DNA from: a virus
Lineage: Duplodnaviria > Caudoviricetes
Reading direction: 5' to 3' (one strand)
IMG/VR virus record: IMGVR_UViG_3300032030_000005
Span: 1 to 64,000 of that record
Length of the DNA: 64,000 bases
This document shows, one piece after another, positions 41,867 to 51,496 of this stretch. The translations under genes were made by a program, and so were the position numbers. Positions within the stretch are counted from its first letter, which is position 1. Each line of letters starts with the position of its first letter. The notes below the pieces were generated by a model. It saw only the letters and a program-made list of their open reading frames with translations, had not been told where the DNA came from and ran no database searches.

Positions 41867-42766
41867 ATGTGGTATATTGATAACAACAAATATCTTTGTG
41901 TAGCAGATAAAGAAGCATTACAGCATTATTTAGAAAGTGAAAAAATATCTAGAACTAAATTTAATCAACCTGTAAAAGTTATCGGTAGTCAACCAACTGC
42001 ATTAGTAGAGTTATTTGAAGGTATGAAAAATTTTAATAGTGACGTTATCATAGAAAATAAATATGTTTATACTGCAAGACGTATGTTTAAAGGATGTAGT
42101 AAATTCAATCAACCTGTAAAGTTTCCAAAATTAATAACTAGTTATAATGAAACTTTTATGAATTGTATATCTTTTAATCAGTCTATAGATGATATGTTTT
42201 TAAATATAAAAGGACATTCATATATGGCAAACAAAATGTTTTATGGTTGCAAGTCTTTCAATCAACCATTTAATTTTAAAAAGATAATTAAAAATACTAT
42301 AATTTTAACTAGTATGTTTGAAAAATGTATAAGTATTGATGAAAAATCAGTTCGAAATGCAATAAAAATAATTATAGATCCTACATTGGAAAATTATATA
42401 AATTTTAATTGTCCTAGATATATAGATAGAATATTCTGTAAAACTAATTTTAGATTTAAAAATGATATAATAATTAATAAAAATTTTACAACAATATTTG
42501 GTTCTTTTAAATATTTTTATGATTACGATCAAGATTCTATAGATTTTTATATTTTAGTATATTCTAAAGGATTAGGAATAAAATTAGCAACAAATTCAAA
42601 TAAAGCTAAAATAACAGTATGTGAAAAAGTATATAATTTTAAAGAATTAAAAAATATTCGTTTTGGTATGATTCCGTCAAAATACAGTCCTAAAGAAAAT
42701 ATGTTTTATATAAACATGAATAGGGAAGATTTTGCTAAAAAATTATTATATTCTAATTTAAAATAA
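41867..42766 (+). CDS. BspA/DUF285-like leucine-rich-repeat protein
   Basis: AAGGAG SD before ATG 41867; MFxGCxxFNQP repeats. Confidence 0.8.
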   Translation: MWYIDNNKYLCVADKEALQHYLESEKISRTKFNQPVKVIGSQPTALVELFEGMKNFNSDVIIENKYVYTARRMFKGCSKFNQPVKFPKLITSYNETFMNCISFNQSIDDMFLNIKGHSYMANKMFYGCKSFNQPFNFKKIIKNTIILTSMFEKCISIDEKSVRNAIKIIIDPTLENYINFNCPRYIDRIFCKTNFRFKNDIIINKNFTTIFGSFKYFYDYDQDSIDFYILVYSKGLGIKLATNSNKAKITVCEKVYNFKELKNIRFGMIPSKYSPKENMFYINMNREDFAKKLLYSNLK

Positions 42767-42806
42767 ATATATAGCCCATAGAGATATTCTCTATGGGCTA
42801 TTTTTT

Positions 42807-43196
42807 TTATAACATATTTTCACGCTTCATACGTTCTAATCTAAGATTATTTCTATCTGCAATAGATTTTTCATGAGCTGCTTTAGCTTTTCTAAGTGAA
42901 TTCTTAGATTCTTTTTCTTCAATTTCAGCTTTCTTATGTCTTTCTTCTAATTTACGTTGTTTCCATGTTCTATAATTAGGATACATTTTAGGATTTTTTC
43001 TATGATCCCTCTCGTATTGTCTCATTTCTTTATTTTCGAAATTATCAATACTAAGTTGTCCGCCTTTTTGTTGATATTGAATGTATCTTGCTCTTTTTTT
43101 ATTATCTTCTTTAGCCATAGCTTTATTTTCAGATTCTACAGCTTTTCTATTACGATAAGAACTAATAATACTTTCATCTAAAGGATAATTCATCAT
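42807..43196 (-). CDS. Hypothetical highly basic protein
   Basis: 129 aa, K/R/E-rich; ATGA overlap with the upstream gene. Confidence 0.7.
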   Translation of the reverse strand: MMNYPLDESIISSYRNRKAVESENKAMAKEDNKKRARYIQYQQKGGQLSIDNFENKEMRQYERDHRKNPKMYPNYRTWKQRKLEERHKKAEIEEKESKNSLRKAKAAHEKSIADRNNLRLERMKRENML

Positions 43197-43888
43197 ACTG
43201 CCACCACCTCATAACGATTATTATCTTCATCGTAAGCAAATTCTTCATCTTCAACAGTATCAAATTTAACAATATTAATTAATGATGTATCAAATTCACA
43301 ATCATCTATAATATTATAATCACTATCAATGATGTATAATTCTTTATTTTTAGTACATACGATATTATATTCAGCAGGTAATACTTGAGTCTTTTTAGTT
43401 TCTATCTTTTGTTCTTCTTCGCCTATTGATAATCTATCATTTAGTATCTTATCAATTTCTTCATTAGATGGCTGTTCAATATTTTCTTCTTCAGCTTCTT
43501 CCATAGAACTCTGAAGTAATGTAGTTTTATCACTCTTATTAAGAAGTCTATAAAGATCAAGAATATCCTTACTAACACCAGATTGCTGATCTTCAAGTTT
43601 ATTATTAGCACTAAACATTTTAGCTTCCATATCCATTTTAGTTCTTTTAATATTAGTTAATTCTTTAATAATATTAAGTCTCTTTTCTTTAATAGATATT
43701 AAATTAGCTGTCTGGGATGACATGAAGACTGGGTTTGCTCTCGTTGGTGTCTTCGCTACAGCATCAAGTCTATCTTTTGCTTCATTAAATAATATATCTA
43801 AAGATTGTAATTCTAATAAGAGCATATTATATTCTTCATCTAATTCTTCTGGATTTAATAATAGTTTATTACTAGCCATATATCTCAC
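43193..43888 (-). CDS. Hypothetical coiled-coil protein
   Basis: 231-aa ORF with SD and AACT-N6-TA upstream. Confidence 0.75.
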   Translation of the reverse strand: MRYMASNKLLLNPEELDEEYNMLLLELQSLDILFNEAKDRLDAVAKTPTRANPVFMSSQTANLISIKEKRLNIIKELTNIKRTKMDMEAKMFSANNKLEDQQSGVSKDILDLYRLLNKSDKTTLLQSSMEEAEEENIEQPSNEEIDKILNDRLSIGEEEQKIETKKTQVLPAEYNIVCTKNKELYIIDSDYNIIDDCEFDTSLINIVKFDTVEDEEFAYDEDNNRYEVVAV

Positions 43889-43926
43889 TCCTTTATTAAT
43901 AGTATAATTAAAAGTTGATTTTTAAT

Positions 43927-44314
43927 AAAAAAAAGAGCAATACTCGGTTCGATCCGTAGATAGGCTATTGCTCTTTTTTTGCTTGGTCATTATTAGCTTT
44001 TTTAACTGTCCGGATCAGTAGCTAATAATGGAATATCGACTTTGATATTCACCGGGGGCGTTGCTTATTCCTCTTTTTTCAACTGCTCTGCCATGAATAA
44101 CCCTGTTATTCCCACTGTCAGCACATGTGCTGGAAGGCATTTTGCTTGTAGTTAAGAGCCTCGACGTCTTCAAAGGACCGCATAGAAGACCATATCATTT
44201 TAACATATGGTTGTTTCTTCTATTGTTGTAAAACTATGAATAAGGTTAATGTTTTTTGCGCAACAATCTATTCATAAAACCGAGAAAAACATCAATTTCC
44301 TCTTCCTTATTCAT
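43927..44314 (-). ncRNA. Candidate structured early ncRNA A (~390 nt)
   Basis: Early promoter at 44319-44330; at least seven hairpins; terminal hairpin plus U-tract; no substantial ORF. Confidence 0.6.
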
Positions 44315-44344
44315 AAATATAATATATAAATAAAAATATAATCT

Positions 44345-44759
44345 AAAAAAAAAAGAATAACCCAGACTTTTCAACTACGCCTTATGTATCACCGGTCGAT
44401 TACTGCGTGTATTATTCTTTTTTATTATGCGGACGTAAGATATGTATAGGTTCACAGCCGATTACTCGATCTATATAGTACGTATACTATATTATATAGA
44501 ACATGAACCTCACGGTAAATCAATATCTTTACGGAGTACAGAAATAGTACCCATCAGACTCATTTTTTTTTTCTTAAGAAACCTCAGCAAAGACCCTATT
44601 GCTAGATAATTACCTCTAGCTCAGTCTTCATAAGTTACATGTAACCTTAGCGTGTTTGGTTTCGTGTAAAATGGCGAAAAACACAATAATAGCTTCCATT
44701 TATGTTTTACTTATCCAAAAGTCTGGTAAACATCGGGAAGTTCTTCTTGCTATTATCAT
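44345..44759 (-). ncRNA. Candidate structured early ncRNA B (~415 nt)
   Basis: Early promoter at 44764-44776; nested stems; 10-bp long-range complement; U-tract end. Confidence 0.6.
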
Positions 44760-44774
44760 AAAAATAATATATAT

Positions 44775-45320
44775 TTATTTTTCCTTAAAGAAAATTTCTT
44801 TAATAAAATATTTACTAAAGTATTTATCAAAGTATTCTATTAATACTGGATCATTAGATTCTTTAATAATACTAGATAATTCTATACTCTTTAAAACCAT
44901 CTTAGCATCCTTATCTTTATCAAACCAGTATATATGAATCTTATCATTAAATACTTTACCATTATATTTACATGTAAATGGATATGTAAATATAATAGGA
45001 TCACCATCTATTGTCTTAGTCATTTCACCTAATTCAAGTACTAATTCTTTACATTTGATATTAATAACTGCTTTACGTTCTTCATCAAATTTAATTAAAT
45101 GTGATTCATAATCATCATCGATCTTCATCCAAGCTTCTGTATGTATAGGTGTTTCTTGATCTTTCTGAAATCCATTAGAAATACCTTCATATTTTTCCTG
45201 AAATACTGATGGTTTTCTAAAAGTATCTATTCTATAAGATACTTTACCATTATCATCTATGACTCTACATACATATATACCTTCTTCACTTGGAAGCTTT
45301 TCTTTTACATGTATAAACAT
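44775..45320 (-). CDS. Hypothetical protein with DUF551-like N-terminus
   Basis: FIHVKEKLPSEEGIYVCRV...EAWM pattern. Confidence 0.7.
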   Translation of the reverse strand: MFIHVKEKLPSEEGIYVCRVIDDNGKVSYRIDTFRKPSVFQEKYEGISNGFQKDQETPIHTEAWMKIDDDYESHLIKFDEERKAVINIKCKELVLELGEMTKTIDGDPIIFTYPFTCKYNGKVFNDKIHIYWFDKDKDAKMVLKSIELSSIIKESNDPVLIEYFDKYFSKYFIKEIFFKEK

Positions 45321-45322
45321 AA

Positions 45323-45691
45323 CTATTTCTCCTTATCTGTTACATTGAGATTAAAAGTTATTGTATTATCCAAGACATTATGGGCGAATTTAAAGACTTT
45401 GTAGTTCTTCAAGATCTCTTCACCTATTGCAGTAGCTAAGTCTTTTAACATATAACTCGGTATCTCATCTTTACTAATATCTTCTAAGTTATTGATTTTC
45501 TTGTATAATTCCGGTTCACAATCTTTAATAAAGCTGATATCATAGTTAATACTAACTGTATTTTCTTTAATATTTTCTTCTTCTTGCATTTCTGTATCCA
45601 TTGGTATATCTTCTTTAAAGAATTCCAGCATTTCATCAAACGCTTCAGCTTCATTATCTTTCTTTTTAATATCAAAAAGTCTTTCAAACAT
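45323..45691 (-). CDS. Hypothetical acidic protein
   Basis: 122-aa ORF with SD. Confidence 0.7.
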   Translation of the reverse strand: MFERLFDIKKKDNEAEAFDEMLEFFKEDIPMDTEMQEEENIKENTVSINYDISFIKDCEPELYKKINNLEDISKDEIPSYMLKDLATAIGEEILKNYKVFKFAHNVLDNTITFNLNVTDKEK

Positions 45692-45754
45692 ATTCTATCC
45701 CTTCCTATATATAAAATAGCTCTTAAGGAATATTACTTCCTTAAGAGCATGTTA

Positions 45755-47416
45755 TTAAATTATACCTTTGCAAATAAACTGATTAGATGTAACTAAAATA
45801 CCAATAATACTTATAACAGCCTTAAGTATTTCAGTTTCAGTTTTTAATGAATTAACTATTGAAGTTGATTCATCTGGTTCATAAGCTTTAGTTTTAAGAT
45901 TATATATACATTTTTCTTCTACACATTTTTTAATAATTTTATTTATCTCTTTATTTGGAATACCTGCATTTACAAGTACACATTTATAACATTCCATAAA
46001 TGCTTCAGCTATTAAATCTTCAAGAGTTGTTAATAGTTTATAATTCTTAACTACTCTTGCAAATGGAGTATGCTGAATACATTTAGGAATAGCTAAATTA
46101 CCGCCTGAAACATAACCTGTTTCTAATGCTGCCTTACAAGCAAAGATACTATCTTCAATAAGATATCTTCTATTATTCTTTTCTAATTCAGTATCTCCAC
46201 CTACATAATATTTTACAATAGATGAATTAAGATTACCTCTACGAGTCTCTAACTTAAAGATCTTATCATCGAAAGAGTCATCCTTTAATTCCTTAAGCTT
46301 CTCTATCTCTTCTGTAATAAAATCTACTCGTTCAGCAAGTTCTTTATCAGAACACTTTCTACCAATAATCTTAGTAGTCTTATTAGTAATTGAGATCTCA
46401 TCACAAGAGCCTAACATCTTATAGAAGTTTTTCTTAAAGTCTTCTTCTTTCTCAAAGTTCTTATCATAAATAGTGCTTTTTGTAAATAAAGCAATATCTT
46501 TAAATATTTCTTCCTGATTTTTATTCATAAAATTAAAATCAACTAAACAGATCTGAAGATCAGGATTCTGCTTCTTATTAATAATCCAACAAGAAACAAA
46601 TTCTACAGAAAAGCTCTTAGCGATAATAACTACTGGCTTTGTCTGCTGAGATACTAAATGACCTATTACATCTACAATATAATTAAGATCTGTTGAATCA
46701 AGTCTATCATTACACATAAATATAAAAGGATCTTTAACAGAAAATTCTGGCTTATTTTTATTAGTAGTAAATTCTTCTGCAATCATTCCTGATGCAAATT
46801 CAAGACCATTCAAATATTCATAAGAGTCTGTAGAATCTTTAGAATTCTCTAAATAAATAAAGCCTTCCTTACCGATCTTCTTATAAATATCATAAATATT
46901 CTTACCAACTTTTTCATCATTATTATTAGATACTTCCGCTATCTTCTGAATAATGTTAAAATTACTTTCATTAATAGGAGTTGCAAATTGCTTAATATTT
47001 TCGTTAATATAACCTTCTAATTCTTTTAAACCATCGAATATTTCTTTAGGTGCATATCCAGATAATTTACCATTAAGATTATTATTAATAGTATTAAACA
47101 AACTCTCTGCAATAACTACTGATGATGTACTACCATCACCAACAGTCTGTACTAAATTAAAAGAAATCTTTTTAATAATTTCATAAATAGTTCTTGCTAC
47201 CGGGCTTTCAAATCTTAAGCTAGATAAAATAGTATAACCATCCTTAGTAGCAATATGACCACTTATTTTATCTTCAATAATTGTTGAAGAACCATAATAA
47301 CCTAATGACTTTCTAAGGCTATCTGCTATAACCTTAAGAGTCATTGATGAAAGATCTTTATAATCTTTTTCTTTTACAATATTATCACTTTTACTATATA
47401 CTATATTATTTTCCAT
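45755..47416 (-). CDS. groEL: Phage chaperonin GroEL-like
   Basis: SLGYYG, ATKDGYTIL, VGDGSTSS, VGGDTELE, IEDSIFACKAA, GYVSGGN motifs; no GGM tail. Confidence 0.92.
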   Translation of the reverse strand: MENNIVYSKSDNIVKEKDYKDLSSMTLKVIADSLRKSLGYYGSSTIIEDKISGHIATKDGYTILSSLRFESPVARTIYEIIKKISFNLVQTVGDGSTSSVVIAESLFNTINNNLNGKLSGYAPKEIFDGLKELEGYINENIKQFATPINESNFNIIQKIAEVSNNNDEKVGKNIYDIYKKIGKEGFIYLENSKDSTDSYEYLNGLEFASGMIAEEFTTNKNKPEFSVKDPFIFMCNDRLDSTDLNYIVDVIGHLVSQQTKPVVIIAKSFSVEFVSCWIINKKQNPDLQICLVDFNFMNKNQEEIFKDIALFTKSTIYDKNFEKEEDFKKNFYKMLGSCDEISITNKTTKIIGRKCSDKELAERVDFITEEIEKLKELKDDSFDDKIFKLETRRGNLNSSIVKYYVGGDTELEKNNRRYLIEDSIFACKAALETGYVSGGNLAIPKCIQHTPFARVVKNYKLLTTLEDLIAEAFMECYKCVLVNAGIPNKEINKIIKKCVEEKCIYNLKTKAYEPDESTSIVNSLKTETEILKAVISIIGILVTSNQFICKGII

Positions 47417-47430
47417 AATATGTTTACTCC

Positions 47431-47799
47431 TTAATTTTTTAAAATGATAAATGTGTATTTATTATTATCTTTCGTAATATTAAAAATACCATTCAAATCA
47501 TATTTATCTATTAGTTCATCAATAGTATTATCTATATTAAATACTATCTTCTCAAAATTACAAATCATCGCATCTGTTGACTCACAATCATATCCTTCAA
47601 CTACACTATAATCTATATTTTCTGATCTAAATATATTTACTAATTTATTAAATTCATATCCATTCTTTTTATCTAAGGATTCTATAAAGTTATTTAAATC
47701 AGCACTATATTGATTTTCGATTTGTTCTTCTTCATTTATTACCTGATTTGATGGTTGTATAAGATCATTATAATAAAAATAAATCATAAAATCAACCAA
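47431..47799 (-). CDS. Hypothetical protein
   Basis: 122-aa ORF within the minus-strand operon. Confidence 0.65.
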   Translation of the reverse strand: MVDFMIYFYYNDLIQPSNQVINEEEQIENQYSADLNNFIESLDKKNGYEFNKLVNIFRSENIDYSVVEGYDCESTDAMICNFEKIVFNIDNTIDELIDKYDLNGIFNITKDNNKYTFIILKN

Positions 47800-47822
47800 C
47801 TTTCATAAATATATGCCCAACC

Positions 47823-48110
47823 TTATTTCTTATTAGATGCTAAGTTGTTAAGCTTAGCATTCTCGGCTTCTATACGTTTTCTGTCTAATTCCATTTTTTC
47901 TTCTTTAGCTTCTTTTAAAGATAGTAATACTGAATAATCCATTTGCATCATTTCAGTAATACTTATTTTACCTTCAAATAAGTCTAATAAATATAGTAAG
48001 AAATTAGCACTATTTTTATATTTCTCTTTTAATAATAAGTTGCCTTCTAAATCTTTGCTTACTGGTTGAGCATTAGACGAAAAAGCACATTTTCCATATC
48101 TACCGGCATT
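47823..48110 (-). CDS. Start-less -1-frame ORF, T4 gp51/gpGT-like; probable frameshift extension of 48059-49282
   Basis: Open frame of 95 codons (...NFLLYLLDLFEGKISITEMMQMDYSVLLSLKEAKEEK...) overlapping the upstream gene's 3' end. Confidence 0.6.
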   Translation of the reverse strand, partial: NAGRYGKCAFSSNAQPVSKDLEGNLLLKEKYKNSANFLLYLLDLFEGKISITEMMQMDYSVLLSLKEAKEEKMELDRKRIEAENAKLNNLASNKK

Positions 48111-49282
48111 TCACCAAGATCTTTTCCACATGAAGGACATTTAAAGTTAGGAATTCTATATTCTGTCTTGTATTTATTTGTCCATTCATCAATAGCTCTT
48201 GCTAACTGCTTTGAATCATTAATAGATAACTGCTTAAGAATCTTAATAATCTTTTCATTACCTGATACTGGATAATAAACAGGACTCTTCTTTTCAAGAG
48301 TTTCTGGTACATTAAGAAGATAAACATTCTTTATAAATAAAAGTGTAGCTAAATCACTAGCTAAGCTTTCAAGCTGATCTGTAGGTGTTGACTTTAAGAT
48401 ATCAAGCTGATTCTTAAGAGATGGTACTCGAATATCAATAATAGTCTTTGACTGCTCTAAGCATACTCTCTTATGTTCAGAAAGTAAAGAAGCCTTAATA
48501 ACAGCATCTGAATTATCAGCTGTCATAGCAATTTCATTTAATCTTTCAAAGATAGCTTCATCCTTACTAAATACAAGACTATCATTTGGAATATCATGTG
48601 AAAATTCATGTTCACAATGTACACACTTAAAATCAAACTTTGTACTACCTGGGAATGTCTGCATATGTAAACCATAGAATAAAGACTGAAGATCAAAGAA
48701 TGATGTACATTCACAGAATGTATCAAAATTAATTGGTCCAATACTTGTAGCCTGAATTCTATTATGAATAATCTGATAAATCTTCAATGTACTATGATAT
48801 TCATCCATTGTAGAATTTGTAATAGCATCAATATCATCAAACTTAAGAGCATTCATATAAGCTACATAACAACTCTGTGGAAGTGGTACTTGGAATGTAG
48901 GTGTTGAATTAAAAATTAAATCTAAATTACTATGCTTTTCAAGACTATTAAGTGAATCTGAAATTATAATATTATTTAAATCAATATTCATTGTAGGAAG
49001 AAGTTCATTAATCTGAACCTTCATATCATTCATTACATCATGCTTTGGACTAAGATTAAGAGGATCTGGATTAACATCTTCCTTTTGAGTGATAATATCC
49101 TTTGCTGAAAGACTCTTTGATGATTTTCTCTTAGTTGGTACATTATTACCTTTAGTCTTAACACTAAGATCTAATTCACCTTTAAGTTCTTTTTTAGCAT
49201 TTTCCATAGCTTCAAACATTTCTTGATTAACCTGAACTTCAGGTACTATATCATTTTGATCAAAATTAACTTTCTTGCCCAT
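48059..49282 (-). CDS. Baseplate hub assembly protein / tail chaperone (T4 gp26-like)
   Basis: FDLQSLFYGL..TFP, FKCVHCEH and FKCPSCG Zn-knuckles, IRVPSL. Confidence 0.7.
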   Translation of the reverse strand: MGKKVNFDQNDIVPEVQVNQEMFEAMENAKKELKGELDLSVKTKGNNVPTKRKSSKSLSAKDIITQKEDVNPDPLNLSPKHDVMNDMKVQINELLPTMNIDLNNIIISDSLNSLEKHSNLDLIFNSTPTFQVPLPQSCYVAYMNALKFDDIDAITNSTMDEYHSTLKIYQIIHNRIQATSIGPINFDTFCECTSFFDLQSLFYGLHMQTFPGSTKFDFKCVHCEHEFSHDIPNDSLVFSKDEAIFERLNEIAMTADNSDAVIKASLLSEHKRVCLEQSKTIIDIRVPSLKNQLDILKSTPTDQLESLASDLATLLFIKNVYLLNVPETLEKKSPVYYPVSGNEKIIKILKQLSINDSKQLARAIDEWTNKYKTEYRIPNFKCPSCGKDLGEMPVDMENVLFRLMLNQ

Positions 49283-49305
49283 ATTAGTTTATTCCTTTCT
49301 TATTA

Positions 49306-49950
49306 TTATAGATCCATCTTAGAAATTATTTTACTATTAGATGAATCTCCTGTATAAAATAGACTAAGTTTATATTCTTCTGAATTTCCATTTGGATTAG
49401 TATCATATACTGTAAAAAATATAGCAACTGTAATATATTTATTATCAGAACTTCTTAAAAATTCTATTTCTTGTTTAGTAGATATATTTGTATTAATTAA
49501 ATCTTTATTTAACCATTTAGTCATTTGATTATTAATATTAGTATTAAGTTCTGATTTTAAACCTTGTGTAGCTAATTCAAATAAATAATTTTCAATACCT
49601 ACACCAAAGTCTGGATTATTAGGATATGTACCCGGTTTAGTAACTAAAATATTTTGAATCATTCTAGCTACTGCTTCTTTACCTGATGTACCTTTTAATT
49701 TTTTAAATTCCGAAATATTTAGTGTTACATCTCTTATCTCTGTAGGAGTATTATTTTTCATTACAGCTTCTTTACCGGCTTTTACCATATCTTGAATCTT
49801 TTTATTAGCTTCATCTAAACTATTTTGCCGATATATTTCATAAACGTCACTTACATTTAAATGACCATTTGAATAAGCTCTATTTATAGCATCTATATAA
49901 GACTGATCGAATTCTCTAACTCCTATATTATTTGTGTTATCATTAGGCAT
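49306..49950 (-). CDS. Baseplate wedge protein (gp25/GpW-like)
   Basis: IQNILVTKPGTYPNNPDFGVGIENYLFE signature. Confidence 0.85.
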   Translation of the reverse strand: MPNDNTNNIGVREFDQSYIDAINRAYSNGHLNVSDVYEIYRQNSLDEANKKIQDMVKAGKEAVMKNNTPTEIRDVTLNISEFKKLKGTSGKEAVARMIQNILVTKPGTYPNNPDFGVGIENYLFELATQGLKSELNTNINNQMTKWLNKDLINTNISTKQEIEFLRSSDNKYITVAIFFTVYDTNPNGNSEEYKLSLFYTGDSSNSKIISKMDL

Positions 49951-50090
49951 TTTATATCACCTCATTTTTTAACTTATTAATATAGTTTATTTATACCTTT
50001 ATGTTAGTTATAGTATTAAAAATTAAAATTTTTAATTTTTTTAAAAAAGAAATTTATTAAATAATAATTATTTATTAAGGAGGGAAAAAT

Positions 50091-51452
50091 ATGAGTGAAA
50101 TAATAGAAAATATAATTGATGAAAATGAAAAAAATAAAAATACTAAAGAAAGAATTAGTGATATTAAAGCTTCCTTAGAATATACAGTTTCAGATGATGA
50201 AATTAATAATATCAATAATTTAAAAAATATTGTTGAAGATTCTACTATACCTAGAAAATATACATATGTGCCTAAATTAACAGCTATATTTTCAGATGGT
50301 ACTGTATATGATTTATTACAATATACTACAATAGTTCAAACTGAAATTAATTTAGATATATATGTGTTTCCATTAATATCTGTTAGATTAGATGTTCCAG
50401 TAGAATTAGTACCTAAGATTCAATTTGATGATGACTTAGTTATTAATTATGAATTGATGTACAATGCCAATACAGATTTAGATACAGCAACAATGTATAA
50501 TATATTATGGAATATTAATCTTAAAAAAGTTAAACAAGAAAGTTCACCTATTATGATGAATGAAATATTCTATAAGGAAGTATCTGAAGAAATTAGAAGA
50601 GTTCCTTTAGAATTAAAACTAATACCAGAAGATTGTTTAAATGCTAATAAGATATTATTCTCAGGTGTATATAGTAAATGTGATATGGTTCAAATGTTAA
50701 CTTTATTAACTGAAAAATTAAATTATAAAACTTATATATCAAGACCAGATAATATTAGAAAGTATAATCAAGTAATATTTCCACCTTGTAATATATTTTA
50801 TGGTATTGAATATTTGGATCAATATTATGGATTATATGATAGAGGATTAAAGATGTTTTATGGTTTTGGAAATAGTGTCATAATGTCAAAGAATCATTAT
50901 ATAGAAACTGGTATGAATAAAGTTAAAGTATCATTTGCTCAAAATAATAATGGTTATGATATTTATAATTATACTAATGGTGGTATAGAGCAATTAGGTA
51001 GTGACTATTATATATCAATAACTCCTAATAAAGTTAAGATTTTAGATAAAAGACATTATATGAAAGAGACTTTAGGTACTATAGTAACAACTTATTCAAG
51101 AGATGATCATGTATATTTTGAACAAGCAAGAGAATATGATTATACAGAAAAAGAAGATATTATAGAAAAAGTTAAATCATATGTAAACCAATATAATAAT
51201 ACAAATAAAGAAAAAGAATATTTATTAAGATCTGTATATTCAAGACAAATAGAATTAATGCTTGAAGGTGCTTTATTACCACCAGATGGATGGTTTAAAG
51301 TATTTGATATTAATTTTGATTCTAATAATTATAATTCTTTAAATGGTCTTTATTGTATGCATGGTTATTATTTTAGATTAGCTAAAATTAGTAATAAAAA
51401 TAGTACAAGAGGTTTTGATGTTACTTCTGCTATAGAATTAACTGAAATATAA
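50091..51452 (+). CDS. Putative baseplate hub / virion structural protein
   Basis: 453 aa; hub-like pattern (QVIFPP..IEYLDQYYGLY; NGLYCM); located among baseplate genes. Confidence 0.55.
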   Translation: MSEIIENIIDENEKNKNTKERISDIKASLEYTVSDDEINNINNLKNIVEDSTIPRKYTYVPKLTAIFSDGTVYDLLQYTTIVQTEINLDIYVFPLISVRLDVPVELVPKIQFDDDLVINYELMYNANTDLDTATMYNILWNINLKKVKQESSPIMMNEIFYKEVSEEIRRVPLELKLIPEDCLNANKILFSGVYSKCDMVQMLTLLTEKLNYKTYISRPDNIRKYNQVIFPPCNIFYGIEYLDQYYGLYDRGLKMFYGFGNSVIMSKNHYIETGMNKVKVSFAQNNNGYDIYNYTNGGIEQLGSDYYISITPNKVKILDKRHYMKETLGTIVTTYSRDDHVYFEQAREYDYTEKEDIIEKVKSYVNQYNNTNKEKEYLLRSVYSRQIELMLEGALLPPDGWFKVFDINFDSNNYNSLNGLYCMHGYYFRLAKISNKNSTRGFDVTSAIELTEI

Positions 51453-51496
51453 AAAAATTGAGTAAAAACCTATATAGGTTTTTACTCAAAATAATA

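Noticed and set aside
39619-42766. Diversity-generating retroelement acting on LRR or fibre genes
   Set aside because: No reverse transcriptase and no TR/VR pair differing only at adenines is visible in this window
43927-44760. tRNA, tmRNA, RNase P, hammerhead or group I intron
   Set aside because: No cloverleaf/CCA, no GAGGAAAGUCC, no CUGAUGA..GAAA core, and no interrupted gene; an Rfam scan is still needed
44656-44937. 93-aa plus-strand ORF across ncRNA B
   Set aside because: TTG start without SD; overlaps a real minus-strand gene and a promoter
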